Shown here: piece by piece, positions 1 through 12,000 of the stretch
Position numbering within the stretch: position 1 is the stretch's first letter
How the letters are laid out: each line of letters opens with the position of its first letter
Source of the DNA: Catajapyx aquilonaris
Taxonomy: Eukaryota
NCBI GenBank assembly: GCA_000934665.2
Contig: KZ538489.1
Span: 1-64,000, forward strand
Length of the DNA stretch: 64,000 nucleotides
Reading direction: 5' to 3'
Program-made: the position numbers and the translations under genes
The notes under the pieces: generated by a model
The model's database searches: none
What the model was told of the DNA's origin: nothing
What the model saw: the letters and a program-made list of their open reading frames with translations, nothing else

Positions 1-82
1 ATCATTCTGTTGCATGGGACGTTCTAATCCGGATTACATTGTCGATTGCTCCAGCATTTTGTAGCCAGAGAGAGACAGAAGT

Positions 83-596
83 ATGGGCGTCGTTTTCTTG
101 GAACACATGGGTGGGGATGTGCTGTACTCGTGCGCCTCCTGCAAGGCCAACCTGAGCAACAAGAGTCAGATCATCAGCGCTCATTTCACTGGGGCTACCG
201 GACCAGCCTACCTCTTCAACAAAGTGGTCAACGTCACATTTGGGTATGTTGCACTGTACACACTGCAAAAATGTAAATGGCTTTAGCTGGGCTGTGTATA
301 TGAGGTAGCAAGTGGGGTGTTATAAGGTTATCTAGACACTACAATAATCATACTGGATATGCCATCTTGGGGCTCAAACACACTAATAATGGCAGCTCAT
401 TTCCAGTAAGATGGAAGCACGTCAGATGATATCAGGACGCCACTGGGTCCGAGACATTGCCTGCAAGAGATGCGCTGCCAGGTTGGGATGGTTTTATGAA
501 TTTGTCAGAAATGAGGAGCAGCGTTACAAGGAAGGGAAATACGTGATGGAAAGAGCACTGATCGCAGAGAGCCTGGGGATCAAGGGTGGTGGCTGA
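83..596 (+). CDS. YPEL5: Yippee-like zinc-binding protein (YPEL5/Yippee subfamily), 2 coding exons, 116 aa
   Basis: Exons 83-243 and 407-596 join in phase 2 (GG|gtatgt ... ttccag|T). Protein MGVVFLEHMGG...CASC...FTGATGPAYLFNKVVN...GRHWVRDIACKRC...LGWFYE...QRYKEG has two CxxC pairs and follows the Yippee/YPEL5 pattern. AATAAA at 663-668. Confidence 0.92.
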
Positions 597-3500
597 TCCC
601 CAATTGCTGATGTTGCTGATGGATCCAACACAATTCATCCCTGTTGAGATGTACTGTGGTTGAATAAACTGTGTTCATAGTTCGTACTGTACCATCTGTA
701 CGTCAATAGGTTTCGCCTTGGGCCTAGGATTGATAGGAATAGACCATTTGGATCATGGGACAGCAATGTTATTCCCCAAAAGTTTTCAATCCCAGCAGAA
801 TACCATTTAATTGCCTATAATATAAGCAGGCCCATGTCTATCCTGTTTCACCCTGGACATGGGCCCTTGTTCTATTGCTTGATTTCAATATAATCCCTCT
901 ACATGCCTGGTAGCACCTTGGTAGCACTTACAATTCCATCAATATATGGAAAACTGAAATTCAAAGTAGTGTGCCCAGATTTTTAAAAAATCATTTTAAA
1001 ATTAATTAGGGCACATTTCCATACACTTTTCAGCCTGAGCAGCAAGAGAAAGTGTGGGTATTAAGATAAGGAGCTCCCAAGCAAAATCAGCTATATTGGA
1101 GCGTGGGAAAAAATGAGTTTGAAGTAGTATTGGATTCTCCATGTTGTCCTCTACGACCTAGTACCAAAATATGGTGTAGCACAGCCACATAGGAACGGGT
1201 ATTAAATGGCTATAAATCTGAGTGTCCTAAGCAAAAACAGCTAAATCCAAGCCGTGAAATTAGTTTGTTTCATGCAAAAGCAGCTAGATCCCAGTTTGTG
1301 TGCATATATCAAGCAGCTAGATCCAAGTGTGCGTGCATATCAAGCAGCTCCAAAAATTAATGCCTTAAATATTTTCATAAAGTTAAATGTGGTTTTAGTT
1401 TTTTTCGTATCTATGAAACATACATGAGACTGTCTCAGGAGTCTCCAAATTATTGTTAAAAAATAATATATGTGGAAAAAAATACATTTTTTTCAACTGA
1501 AAAACCAGGTAGATCCAGAGGATTCGAAGCAAAACCAGTCTAAATCCAAACCGACCTCCTTTGTGGCTAAAGTACCAATCCATGATTTTCAAAACTTGCA
1601 TTTAAAAATGCAGAAAAAATGCCATCTCATGACTCCCCATATCAGCTACTTTCAATTTGGAACAGTTTCCAAATGACAGGTTTTTCTCCTCCCCTGTACA
1701 ATTTCTTATTACGACTGCTGCTTTTACTTTTGGGCTCCTCTTACTTAGTCCTTGTACTGTACGGTACAATCCATATACTGTGCGGTATTACTAAATGGAG
1801 CTAAATATTGGATGGGGAGAGAGGAAAATAAACCCATGTGTAACTCTCAAATATACACTTATTTACAAACTGGCATCAAATGACCACATCATTAATTTTA
1901 CAATGAGTTTCATCATAAGTGACTCTTATGATTAGCAACTTTTTGGTTCTAAGCATACTTATTTTTAGCAAGCAAATATCTCACAATTACTATTAAAGAT
2001 TTTTGAAATTATTAAATGCCAATCTCAATTGAAAGGAGAGCTTACCTGCCTGCTTTCGGAATCTCCACACACTGCATGGGAAGAGCTGTCATACATCCTG
2101 GCAGCATCTATTATTTCATATGACCAATGAGCCTACCCAAAGTCACCTCTTTTTAGAAGGTTTAAAAAATAATTACATGATAATGGAGATGAATAATGTT
2201 GAATAAAATACAATGAACTACAGTTTGATATGTTTATAGAGCGTCATGATTGATAACAAAATGTCACATGAATGCATAAAATGCACCTTCACCGACAACC
2301 TAGGGGCTACAGAAAAAGTTTCAGATTTTCATACCACAAGTGAATTCAGTAGACTAGGCCTATAAAAGGTTGTCTATAGGGGACACCATCAGTTATCCCG
2401 CTGACCAGTGTTTTCATGAACTGCCATTAAAAGTGCTGCAGTTCATTGCAAAAAAAAATCAATGCACTTCTTAGGATAGAAAAACCCAGTCCATGATGAC
2501 CCTGTATCAGTGAAAACCCCATTGAGCTGCCGTACATGGCATCCTTTAAATGTGGGCCAGAAAGGAGATTGCAGCACAGCATCTCTGACCGTAACTTGTG
2601 AAAATGTGTGACTAATTCATCTGTGCAGTGAGTTGCCATTATTTAATAATTGATTGGTACTGATTCGTAGCAGGTAGCCTACTCTGTACATACATGGTGT
2701 TTCTTACAGGTATGGCCAAAAACAGGCAGTGTACTCTCTGTGCAAATTTCCCTTTGAGTGCCTAAAGTTACAATCAATTTCACCAAAGTATTGAAAAATG
2801 TCACTCTCTCAATCAAATAAATACAAGTGCCATTGATGCTGTAGTGTCGTCAATATTTATAATTCATTTGCCCCATACTTTATTAATATTAATAATAATG
2901 ATAATAATGACAATAATAATACGAGTAGACTCCTGATATAAAATAAACTTACTTCAAGGCACCGCGGAAATCAGTCTGCTATAACCAAGTGTCTCTTATA
3001 GCCGAGGCTGTTATATCCGGTGTCAACTGTAACACAATTAAATGCGCCAAGTCTAGGGTAACCACTTATTTCTTAACACTTACTCTATTATGAGCAAGCT
3101 ATTACCATTCTTGTGAACAAAACCTGCTCCATATGTCGACAAAGCCGGTTGCCTGCCTCTACCTGGTCCGGATATGAGAGGATACCACCGTGTATTTATT
3201 ATTGAAGGGGAAGAACCTCCTTTTAGCCAGTACATACACGCCTTTCAGCGGCGGTCATGCACCAAGCCAGGAACAGTGTATAACAATCAAATGCATTTTA
3301 CTACATTTTACAAACTGGCATCATAATAACACATGATCATTGTATAGAAATTATGAGTTTCACCATCAGTGTCTGGTGATTAGCAACTTTTTTTAAATCC
3401 AAGAGAGAAGTCTGCATTAAAAAATATATATACCAGTACCTCACCATAACTATTAAAGACTCTAGAAATAATTAAACACCTATCTCAATGGAATGGGGAA

Positions 3501-4194
3501 CACAGATGTTTACATGCTCTTGGAATATATTTAAATACAAACTGCATCCGAGAAGCCCTGACCTTATTCTCTTAAATTCAGTGAAAAACTAGCAATATTA
3601 TTCACAGCAGATCTTCCAAATGGATACACTGTAATTGCAGCAGCCAACATCAGTGAAAGTGCCAATTGATTTTTATCTTCTTTATTGGTGTAATAGTAAA
3701 ATATTGCCCTGAATCCTAGCAGCATCTATTTGCATGACCAATGGACCTACCCAAGATCACAGGCTGAATCCCTGTTCATTCCAGGCCTCACCTCCTCCCT
3801 CAACATGTTAAGAAAAATTATTCATATTTCAAGAAATATCCACATACACTCTGTAACATTTTGCACAGCTCCTTGAAGTTATTGTTCTAAAGTTGGTACT
3901 CATAATAATTAATCTGATTAGTGGCAAATAATTGCTTCCCAGTACTGTACATACACTTAAATCGAACCATTAATGGATATGACGTTTTAATAGCAAGCCA
4001 CGTCACAACAGATGTAATGTGCCCGCAATTAAAGCTACCATATGAAGTACTGGTTGAGAATCCTTTATCCAAAATAATTGGGACCAGTCTCGGAGGGTTA
4101 CATCGACGCACAAGTTATGTATGGCAGGCGCCGGTACAATAAAAAAAACACACATTATAATCTCATTAGTGCAACACTAAATCATACGTTCAAA

Positions 4195-4444
4195 CAGTCC
4201 CGCGCCTTGCTCGTGGGTAGTTCCGGAAATGACCGTTGGTGGCGCGCGGGCAACGAGCAAGGAGCAAAGCTCGTTGGCAAGGCTACAGCTTCGAGCACCG
4301 TGGATCCACCAGTCGTACTTACATCTGATTTGCATGTACCGCAAGAGAGAATCCAGCGGGTTCTGGCCCTGTACTATGGCGTGAAACGGACGTAGTGTGG
4401 GTCTACGTTTTGTGTGTGGTAATGTGCAACAGGTACCGGTAAGT
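4195..4444 (+). promoter_or_regulatory. Probable promoter and non-coding first exon of the BCKDK-like gene
   Basis: Local CpG-rich island in AT-rich DNA; ETS-like TTCCGGAAAT at ~4221; strong donor CG|GTAAGT at 4439; matching acceptor ttgcag| at 6036, just before ATG 6047. Confidence 0.5.
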
Positions 4445-5047
4445 GAAGGGGAGGAAGGAAGGCTGTGACGTAACACGTGCACATGCAACAGGCGATGTTG
4501 TTGGGTTTGGGAATTTTGATCTGAATTTTGACAAGAAGATGCATTTTAAAAATCAAGTGGGGAAATTATTACTTGCTAAGCCTTACAGGAAAATACCAAA
4601 AATGCTGTGGCATGTTACATTGCATCTGGTCCAGCCAAACTCTGCATTGATATAGTTTAAATAGTAATACAGGGTGTCACCTCATTAGATGTCCCAAATG
4701 TTCTTTATGGCTCTAAAAGTAGTGGATTAGTTTTAATTAACATTTAACAGGTGGTAACCCATGTTTATAAGAAGCACGACAATTTTTCCATAACTTGGGG
4801 AAGCACTTGTCATGCGGGTGTTTTTATGCACATCAAAGTAGATTTTCTTCTGGGTTAGATGATGTCTTAACTGTTTCCGAGATGGGCAGACCTGATCTCG
4901 CCCAAATTACAGACTATGTAGGCATTAATTTTGTGAATGAGTGTTAACCCTGGAACCATGACCTGGGCTCTTTTAGAACCCCAAAGGAATTAAAATGCAT
5001 GAAAATGATAATTACAATAAACTGTTGCCATTTTTTAAAGGTGTATA

Positions 5048-5642
5048 CAGTAAAACTTCCATAAGTCGAACTTCCCTAAGTTGAAGTTCTCTATAAGTCG
5101 AAGAAAATGATGAGCTTGGTTGGTCACAATGTAAAAGAATAGGAAATAAACTTTCCTAACTCGTTTCTATAACTCGAAGTTCTTCATAACTCGAAGTGCA
5201 GGCAGGGCCTTACAATGGAATATCAATGCATTTTCAGTCTCCCTAAGTCGAAGTTCATGTTGGCGAGCACGGAAAATGTTTTAATTTCCCTGCCGAAGGG
5301 TTGAGAGTAGGCCGCATGTACAGAAAGGCTCAATTTCATGATCTCCTTCTACCAGACGTAACCAAAGAAGTGTTTGACTCGATTGTGACAATTGAAACCT
5401 TGAATTTAAGAGAAGGCAAATGTCCATAATGGAGATTTTTTTAACAACAAAACAACGAGGAACATTGTGGGATAGTGACAGTTATTTTTAAGTTTTGAAC
5501 ACCTTTCGTCCCTGGATATAACGGTAGGCTTCCTTATAGAGTAATGTGCTTAAAAAATTCCGAACTTCTCTAACTCGAATCTTCTGTAACTCGGAAGTTT
5601 TTTCCCAGTCCCATGGAGATTCAACTTATAGAAGTTTTACTG
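5048..5642. mobile_element. Tigger/pogo-like MITE
   Basis: TA|CAGTAAAACTTCCATAAGTCGAA ... TTCAACTTATAGAAGTTTTACTG|TA terminal inverted repeats (TIRs), TA flanks, internal TAAGTCGAA/TAACTCGAA subrepeats. Confidence 0.8.
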
Positions 5643-6046
5643 TAACAGGAGTGCATGTTTATTTTCAATTAGCTATCAATCGATCATTTTAGGCATTGTT
5701 CAAAGAATGATTGCATAGAGTCAATACATTGAAAAGTATTATATAAAAATTAATAAAAATAAAAATATGGACTGTTAGGCCTACCATAACTTTCAGGCAC
5801 GTCACGGTTCCAGGGTTAAGAAAAAATTTCAATTTAGAAATGGCCATTACAAATACACACGTAATAATCAACTGAATCTGCTGCTTGTAGGTTTCAATAT
5901 TCTTTGTCATTTCCTGTTTCTTCATCTTATCCATGTCATTATGACCATACATTAATCATGGCCAACCACCTATCAATTAACATGGGAATTTGGGTATTAA
6001 TTCCAGCCACAGAGTAATATTTTGTTTACTTTGCAGAGGTATTACA

Positions 6047-9000
6047 ATGCGTATTGGCCAGGCTACCATCATTTGGTGGCGGAGGGCTTCAACTACTTCA
6101 ACCTCCATTCCACATCTGACCTCAACTGATCCAGATGCCATTGCACGTGAACGCATTAGAATTGTGTCATCATACTGCAACGTCACAGGCATTGATGCTG
6201 CTGCAGCAAAGCCTTCAGTACGTCTCACTCCAGCCACTATAATGTATTCAGGACGCAGCTCAGATGGAAGTCACCTTCTGGTATGTATCCAAAACATTAT
6301 TGGAAGAATTTTTAAATTAAGCATTTCAGTTACAATAATACAAATCACTTATGCAACTCTAATGCAAGTCACCACTCGAATAAAAGCTGGCAACACATGT
6401 GCTTCTGTCTCAATTTTTAGTGGAAGTTTTTTTGTAATAATGTCAGATAAATTTTGTCCTACAGATTCAGGTTTTGTGAAAATCTGCACTTAAGATTCTA
6501 AACTTTGCAATTTTTCCACTTGAAAAGTCAAAACAAGATGTGCTAAGAATGTGAGATTATTTATTTTTTATATTTTAGGAAATGGTAGATTGTGACTGAT
6601 TTTTTGAGATACCAAAAATGTTCATTAAAACTGGAAGTAATGACATTAATGTGTCCAAAATCATATCCTCCCATAGTATTACCCCATTTGAACCGATGTA
6701 CCCAGTGTTGCAAAATCATTTACAGTGAAACCTCGATATACGAGGTGTGGTCGAAAAGTTCTGGGATTTTGTTCATTTACTTTAAAAGAAGGGTTCAGTG
6801 ATTTTACATGTTGGGCTTCAAAAATCAAGCAGGACTCTCTGATTCTGAATATCCGGTCCGTTTTGGTAGCAAATGCACCATAAGCGTAAAATTTCAAGCC
6901 AAAGTTGATTTTTTTGAAAATCAGTGAGGAAGACGGGTTCCCTCTAGCCGCAAAAGTGGAAGCGTCGCGGCAGTGGTCGAAGCTTCCACCCTTGGCACTT
7001 GAGGGAACCCGTGTCCTGTGAAAAGATGGCAGCTCCCAGAGACAAGCCGCATGCAAGCCTGCCAAGCCAGGTGGTTGGGTTTTCGACCCGAGTGGGACCT
7101 GCCCTGGGTGCCAAGGGCCATGAAAAGGCAGCACGGAGGGCAGATGGAGAGAGAGAGACAGGCGTGAGCACAGGCGCGAGTGACCAACAAACGCAGCCGA
7201 GTGATGCCTAAGGGATGCTTCCGTACCAGTTTGAGCCCTACGGAGACGGTACTGTCGCGGGGTATAATCCGGGGCAGGAGGTAGACGAGGAATACCTTGC
7301 CCACCTTCAAGCCACCTTCAAAGTAGTCACCTTGGGCACATATATACAACGATCACAGCGAATTTACCATTTTTGGAAGCACCCCAAAAAATTGGCCAAC
7401 CGTAGCGTGTTCAGCACCTGCTGCGATTTTGCTTAGATCTCTTTAGCGGAGTCAAAATGCTTCCTTTTCTACCAAAATTTCATTTTAGGGAAGAGGTAGA
7501 AATCACATGGGGCCAGGACAAGCGAATAGACAGGGTGGGGAACAGTAGTCATGTTGTTTTTTGTCAGGAAGTCCCTGACTGTGCATGAGGTGTGCGCAGT
7601 CGGCATTGTCATGGTGCAGCAGCCAGTCTCTGTTCTTCCACATCTCTGGCCATTTCAGCCTAAATCATCTCAAACCATCACAGTAAGACTTGCCGTTGAC
7701 AGTTTTACCAGGAGGGAGAAACTCCATATGCACAATTCCTAAAATGTCAAAGAAAATGATCAGCATTGAGATGATTCTGCTGCGAACGGGAGTTTCCTTC
7801 TGCCTATGTCAGTGGGTCTCTGACCTGCACCTAGTAGGCGTCTTGGCAACCTAGCCTCCTGGGGGACTGTACATGACCCCTTTCTAGACATTGCACTTAC
7901 ACCTGTGTCCCTTCCCCAGAAATCCCCATCCTTACTCCATATCCTTTCATCCTTGCACTGGAGGCAGAAGAAGGAAAAAAAAAATACAGAAAAATTGAAG
8001 GATGGTGGTATTCCACCCCCCTAACAGGGCCTATGGCCCTATCACGGGGTAACGTTTTAAAAAAAAAAAAGCAATTTTGCTGCGAACTTGGCGCGCCACC
8101 TTTGAAGCTGTTAAGCCACTCATATGTTATTGCTTGTCTTACACCTTGCTCATCAAAAGCCTTGTTCAGCATTCGGTGGGTTGCATCCGAAGTTTTGTTG
8201 AGCTGAAAGCAAAATAATAATAAAAAAATCTTAAAATCAGCCATTTCGAAAAATCTCAGAAACACGAGAACATGTTGTCAAGATAACTGCCGAAACTCGG
8301 ATACATGTGCACCTATGAAGACAATATTTTTCAGACTAATAGCTGAAAGGTGCACCCAGCGGCGCCCCCTAGCGTCACAAGTTTGTACCTCCACTGGTTT
8401 GCACGGTATATCCAAAATCCCGGAACTTTTCGATCACACCTCGTAATAGTCCCACATATAACACCTTTCTGCTTTTAACACCCTTCTTTCCGGACTCTGG
8501 ATCACCCCATATGGAGCATTTCCTGCACACAAAGAATTCTCACTTATAACACTACTTTGAATCAGTCCCTTGAAAAGCTTGATATTGAAATTTTACTGTA
8601 CTTCATTAAATAACTGTTGTAGTGAAAAAAATATGTCATGCACATTTTTTGTATCTCAAAATATCTCATACCCATTTTTTGGATGTCACATTTTCAAGTG
8701 ATATGCATTTTTGTAGGTTACAATATGTCATACACATTTTTTGGATGTCACAATAATTATCATATTGTAACATACAAAAATGCGTATTACATAAAAATGG
8801 GACATTTGCGGTACACCCTGTATCGCAGGTGCTTGGAAATGTCATTCTGCCACCATGAAAACATGACGCATACGCTGGAGTAAATCCAGCAGTTTTTCTG
8901 CCTTTCCCCCCTGTTGCATTGGTATGTTGGACCTAACCAAGCTCTGAACCTCCCTCCGGAACCTGGTTCAACTCCAGAGGCGTTGGCCCGAACCAAACGC

Positions 9001-12000
9001 CGGACCAAACTGGCAAGCTCCCAACCAAACTCCGGACCTGCTCCGACCTTGGCTCCACTCTCCTCCGGAACCGGCCCGAACCCGAACCATGCTCCGATGC
9101 TCGCTTCTGACTCGACTCTACTGCTCCGGAGTGGCTCCAATGTTATTGGGTTCACGGAGCAAGGGTTCGGTTCGGTTCACAACCCTGCCTGTATTAGATT
9201 GCATACAAAAGTGTTATTTTTTCTGGGGTGCTAACATTATTATTCTAATTTTTGCTGTATTTCTGTCTTCAGAGAAGTGCCCAGTATCTGCAAAAGGAAC
9301 TACCAGTTCGTATTGCACACCGCATCGCTGCCTTTCGTACGCTGCCATTCATTGTTGGCTGCAATTCTCATATTTTGTCTGTACATGAAATGTACCTACG
9401 TGCCTTTCGAATTCTCAACTCGATTGCTCCAGTACAATCACTTGAGGATGAGTCCAGCTTCTCTTCAGTTTTGACTGAGCTTCTGGAGGAACACCGAAGC
9501 ATTCCAGAGTCACTTGCTGAAGGATTTCGTTCTATCCGCCGCCACCTGCCATCTCCTGAAGTGATAAAAACTTTTCTGGACCGCACCCTCACATCCCGAT
9601 TGGCAATTAGAATGCTTGTCCACCATCATTTGGCTCTGAACCATGATTTTCATCACGCTACCAGTAAGGATGTGGAACATGTTGGTATGGCAGACCGAGT
9701 TGGAATAGTGCAGCTTAACTTGAAACTCAAGGTGAGGCATGATTATTTTTGGGTGTAATAAATACCCCTCATCATTAATACTATGTCTTTATGGGATGAT
9801 ATGGTAATCTAGTATTTATGCACCTGGGCATCAAAACCAGAGCCAAGAGGAAAGGTTGGGCATTTCCAATGGTCCGAATGCTTGAAAACTACCCAGAAGT
9901 GCCCTCCCTCTGGAACATTTCCCCTCCCATTCCAGTTTCAACAGAACTTTGTGACATAACAATAAGAAATGCTTGTACTAGACCTACACTGACAAGGTCA
10001 AAAGCATCACTCAGTTATTCTTATTTATTATTTAATACCATGCCTTTCATAATATTGAGCTCAGGTCCATATCAATGGAAATGTCATGTATGCCCATAAG
10101 TCATACTGGCTGCTGGCTAAAAGAGAAGGGAGGTGTGTGAGGGAAATGGAGGGGAGTGTACCTTCAGTTCTTCTGCACTTACAAGGGAACGGTCATGGTC
10201 GGACACCTCCGATTTGGTTGAAACTCGCTTGAGGGGTCATTCATGTGCGATAGACGCAGTGGTGAAAGTTTTAGCTGGCAATGTCCAGCCGTTTTCGAGA
10301 TATGAGCGACAGAAACATTCGAATTATTGCCGCACGCATTTGCCGGAAGCCGCTCTGCCAGCTTCAAATCCCTTCTACCTTGATTCCCCTCGTCCCCTTT
10401 ACCCCCTTTTTTTGATCCCACACCACCATCCCCCACTCCCCCACCAACATTTTCGTTTCCCATAGTTTCTTTGCTCCGGTATTTATTATGAGACCATCAA
10501 GCTGCTTTCTTTCGCTTCTGTCAACTGCGAATAAAGAGCTTCTATACCTAAAATTGTGTAATGGGAACCTATTGAGCCTTATCAAAATTTGTATGACATT
10601 TTATAATCTCTCCTACATGTGATACTTTTGGTAAGGCTGAATAGGTTCCCATTACACAATTTTAGGTATAGAAGCTCTTTATTCGCAGTTCCCAGAAGCG
10701 AAAGAAAGCAGCTTGATGGTCTCATAATATAAATACCGGAGCAAAGAAACAATGGAAAACGAAAATGTCGGTGGGGGAGTGGGGGATGGTGTATGGGATA
10801 GAAAAAAAGGGGTTAAGGGGGTGGGGGGAATCAAGGTAGAAGGGATTTGGAGCTGGCAGAGTGGCTCCCGGCAAATGCGTGCGGCCAAAATTCGGATGTT
10901 TCTGTCGCTCATATCTCGGAAACAGCTGGACGTTGCCAGCTAAACCTTTCACCACTGTGTCTATTGCACATGAATGACCCCTCAAGCAAGTTTCAACCAA
11001 ATCCGAGGTGTCCGACCTTGAGCGTTCTCTTGTTAGTACTTACGATATTACCTCTCATAAAGCCGCATGCCGGTGTAGTTGTGGTCGACCAGTATTTAGA
11101 AATGTATGACCTGGTGGCTATATTGGCATGCTGGTATAAGGCAAGGTTTTCACATAAGTTACATTATCCTTTCCAAACTTGACATTATTTTGCCTGAAAA
11201 TCGAAATTCACGTAAAGGCTATCGAAAATAAGGCACATTTTCCTAATAGGGTACCCGTTCCATATATTGGTTTCAATTTCAGTGGCTGGCAATAATCTCT
11301 ATTTAAACAGTAGGTTGGAGCAGAGGGTTCCCCTGTCAAAGCAGGCTGATGATGGGATTGGTCACACACTCTATATTTTTTATATGCACTGTGCAACAGA
11401 ACTGACATATTCTCACAGCCTGTACACTCACCCATTTTCATTGTAACATTCTTTTAGTATGGTACCAGAAGCATTTTAAAAAAATGGGCATGGATCACAA
11501 TCTACCATGGTTATTGCGGCATGCCGGCCACCCCTGGGATTATACCGGCATGCTGGTCGACCTCATTTTATACCGGCATGCCGTTTTATGATAGGTAATA
11601 CGGTAGCAGGTACACTCAGGCACAGGAATCCCACATTGATGCACGAGATATTAATAACACCGGCCAACAAATTTTTTGTGGCATTGATGCCAGATCTTGT
11701 TCTTACCTAATTCGAAGGTGCTGAATCCAAATCTGTTGTTAGTTTTTCTCTGTAAGCTCCAGATTTAGAACTGTGGTTCATACCTTTGCCTATGCTGTAC
11801 CTATGCCCGCGTAAAGCCAAAAGTGGCCCTTTTGGGAAGATGGCACGAAGCTCTATAATAATAATAATAATAATAATAATTGTGGGGGTAGTGCTCACCC
11901 AGAAGGTGTTTTGCACGGACCTTTATTTTCAATTCGTACATTTGGAGCCTTGAACGAAGCGCCCGGGCCCACGGGCAGGATGACAGGAGGGGATGTGCAA

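Larger units (their letters stand above)
6723..8598. mobile_element. Tigger/pogo-like MITE split by a mariner insertion
   Basis: TA|CAGTGAAACCTCGATA at 6721; the element resumes at ~8446 (ATAGTCCCACATATAAC...) and ends ...ATTGAAATTTTACTG|TA. Confidence 0.6.
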
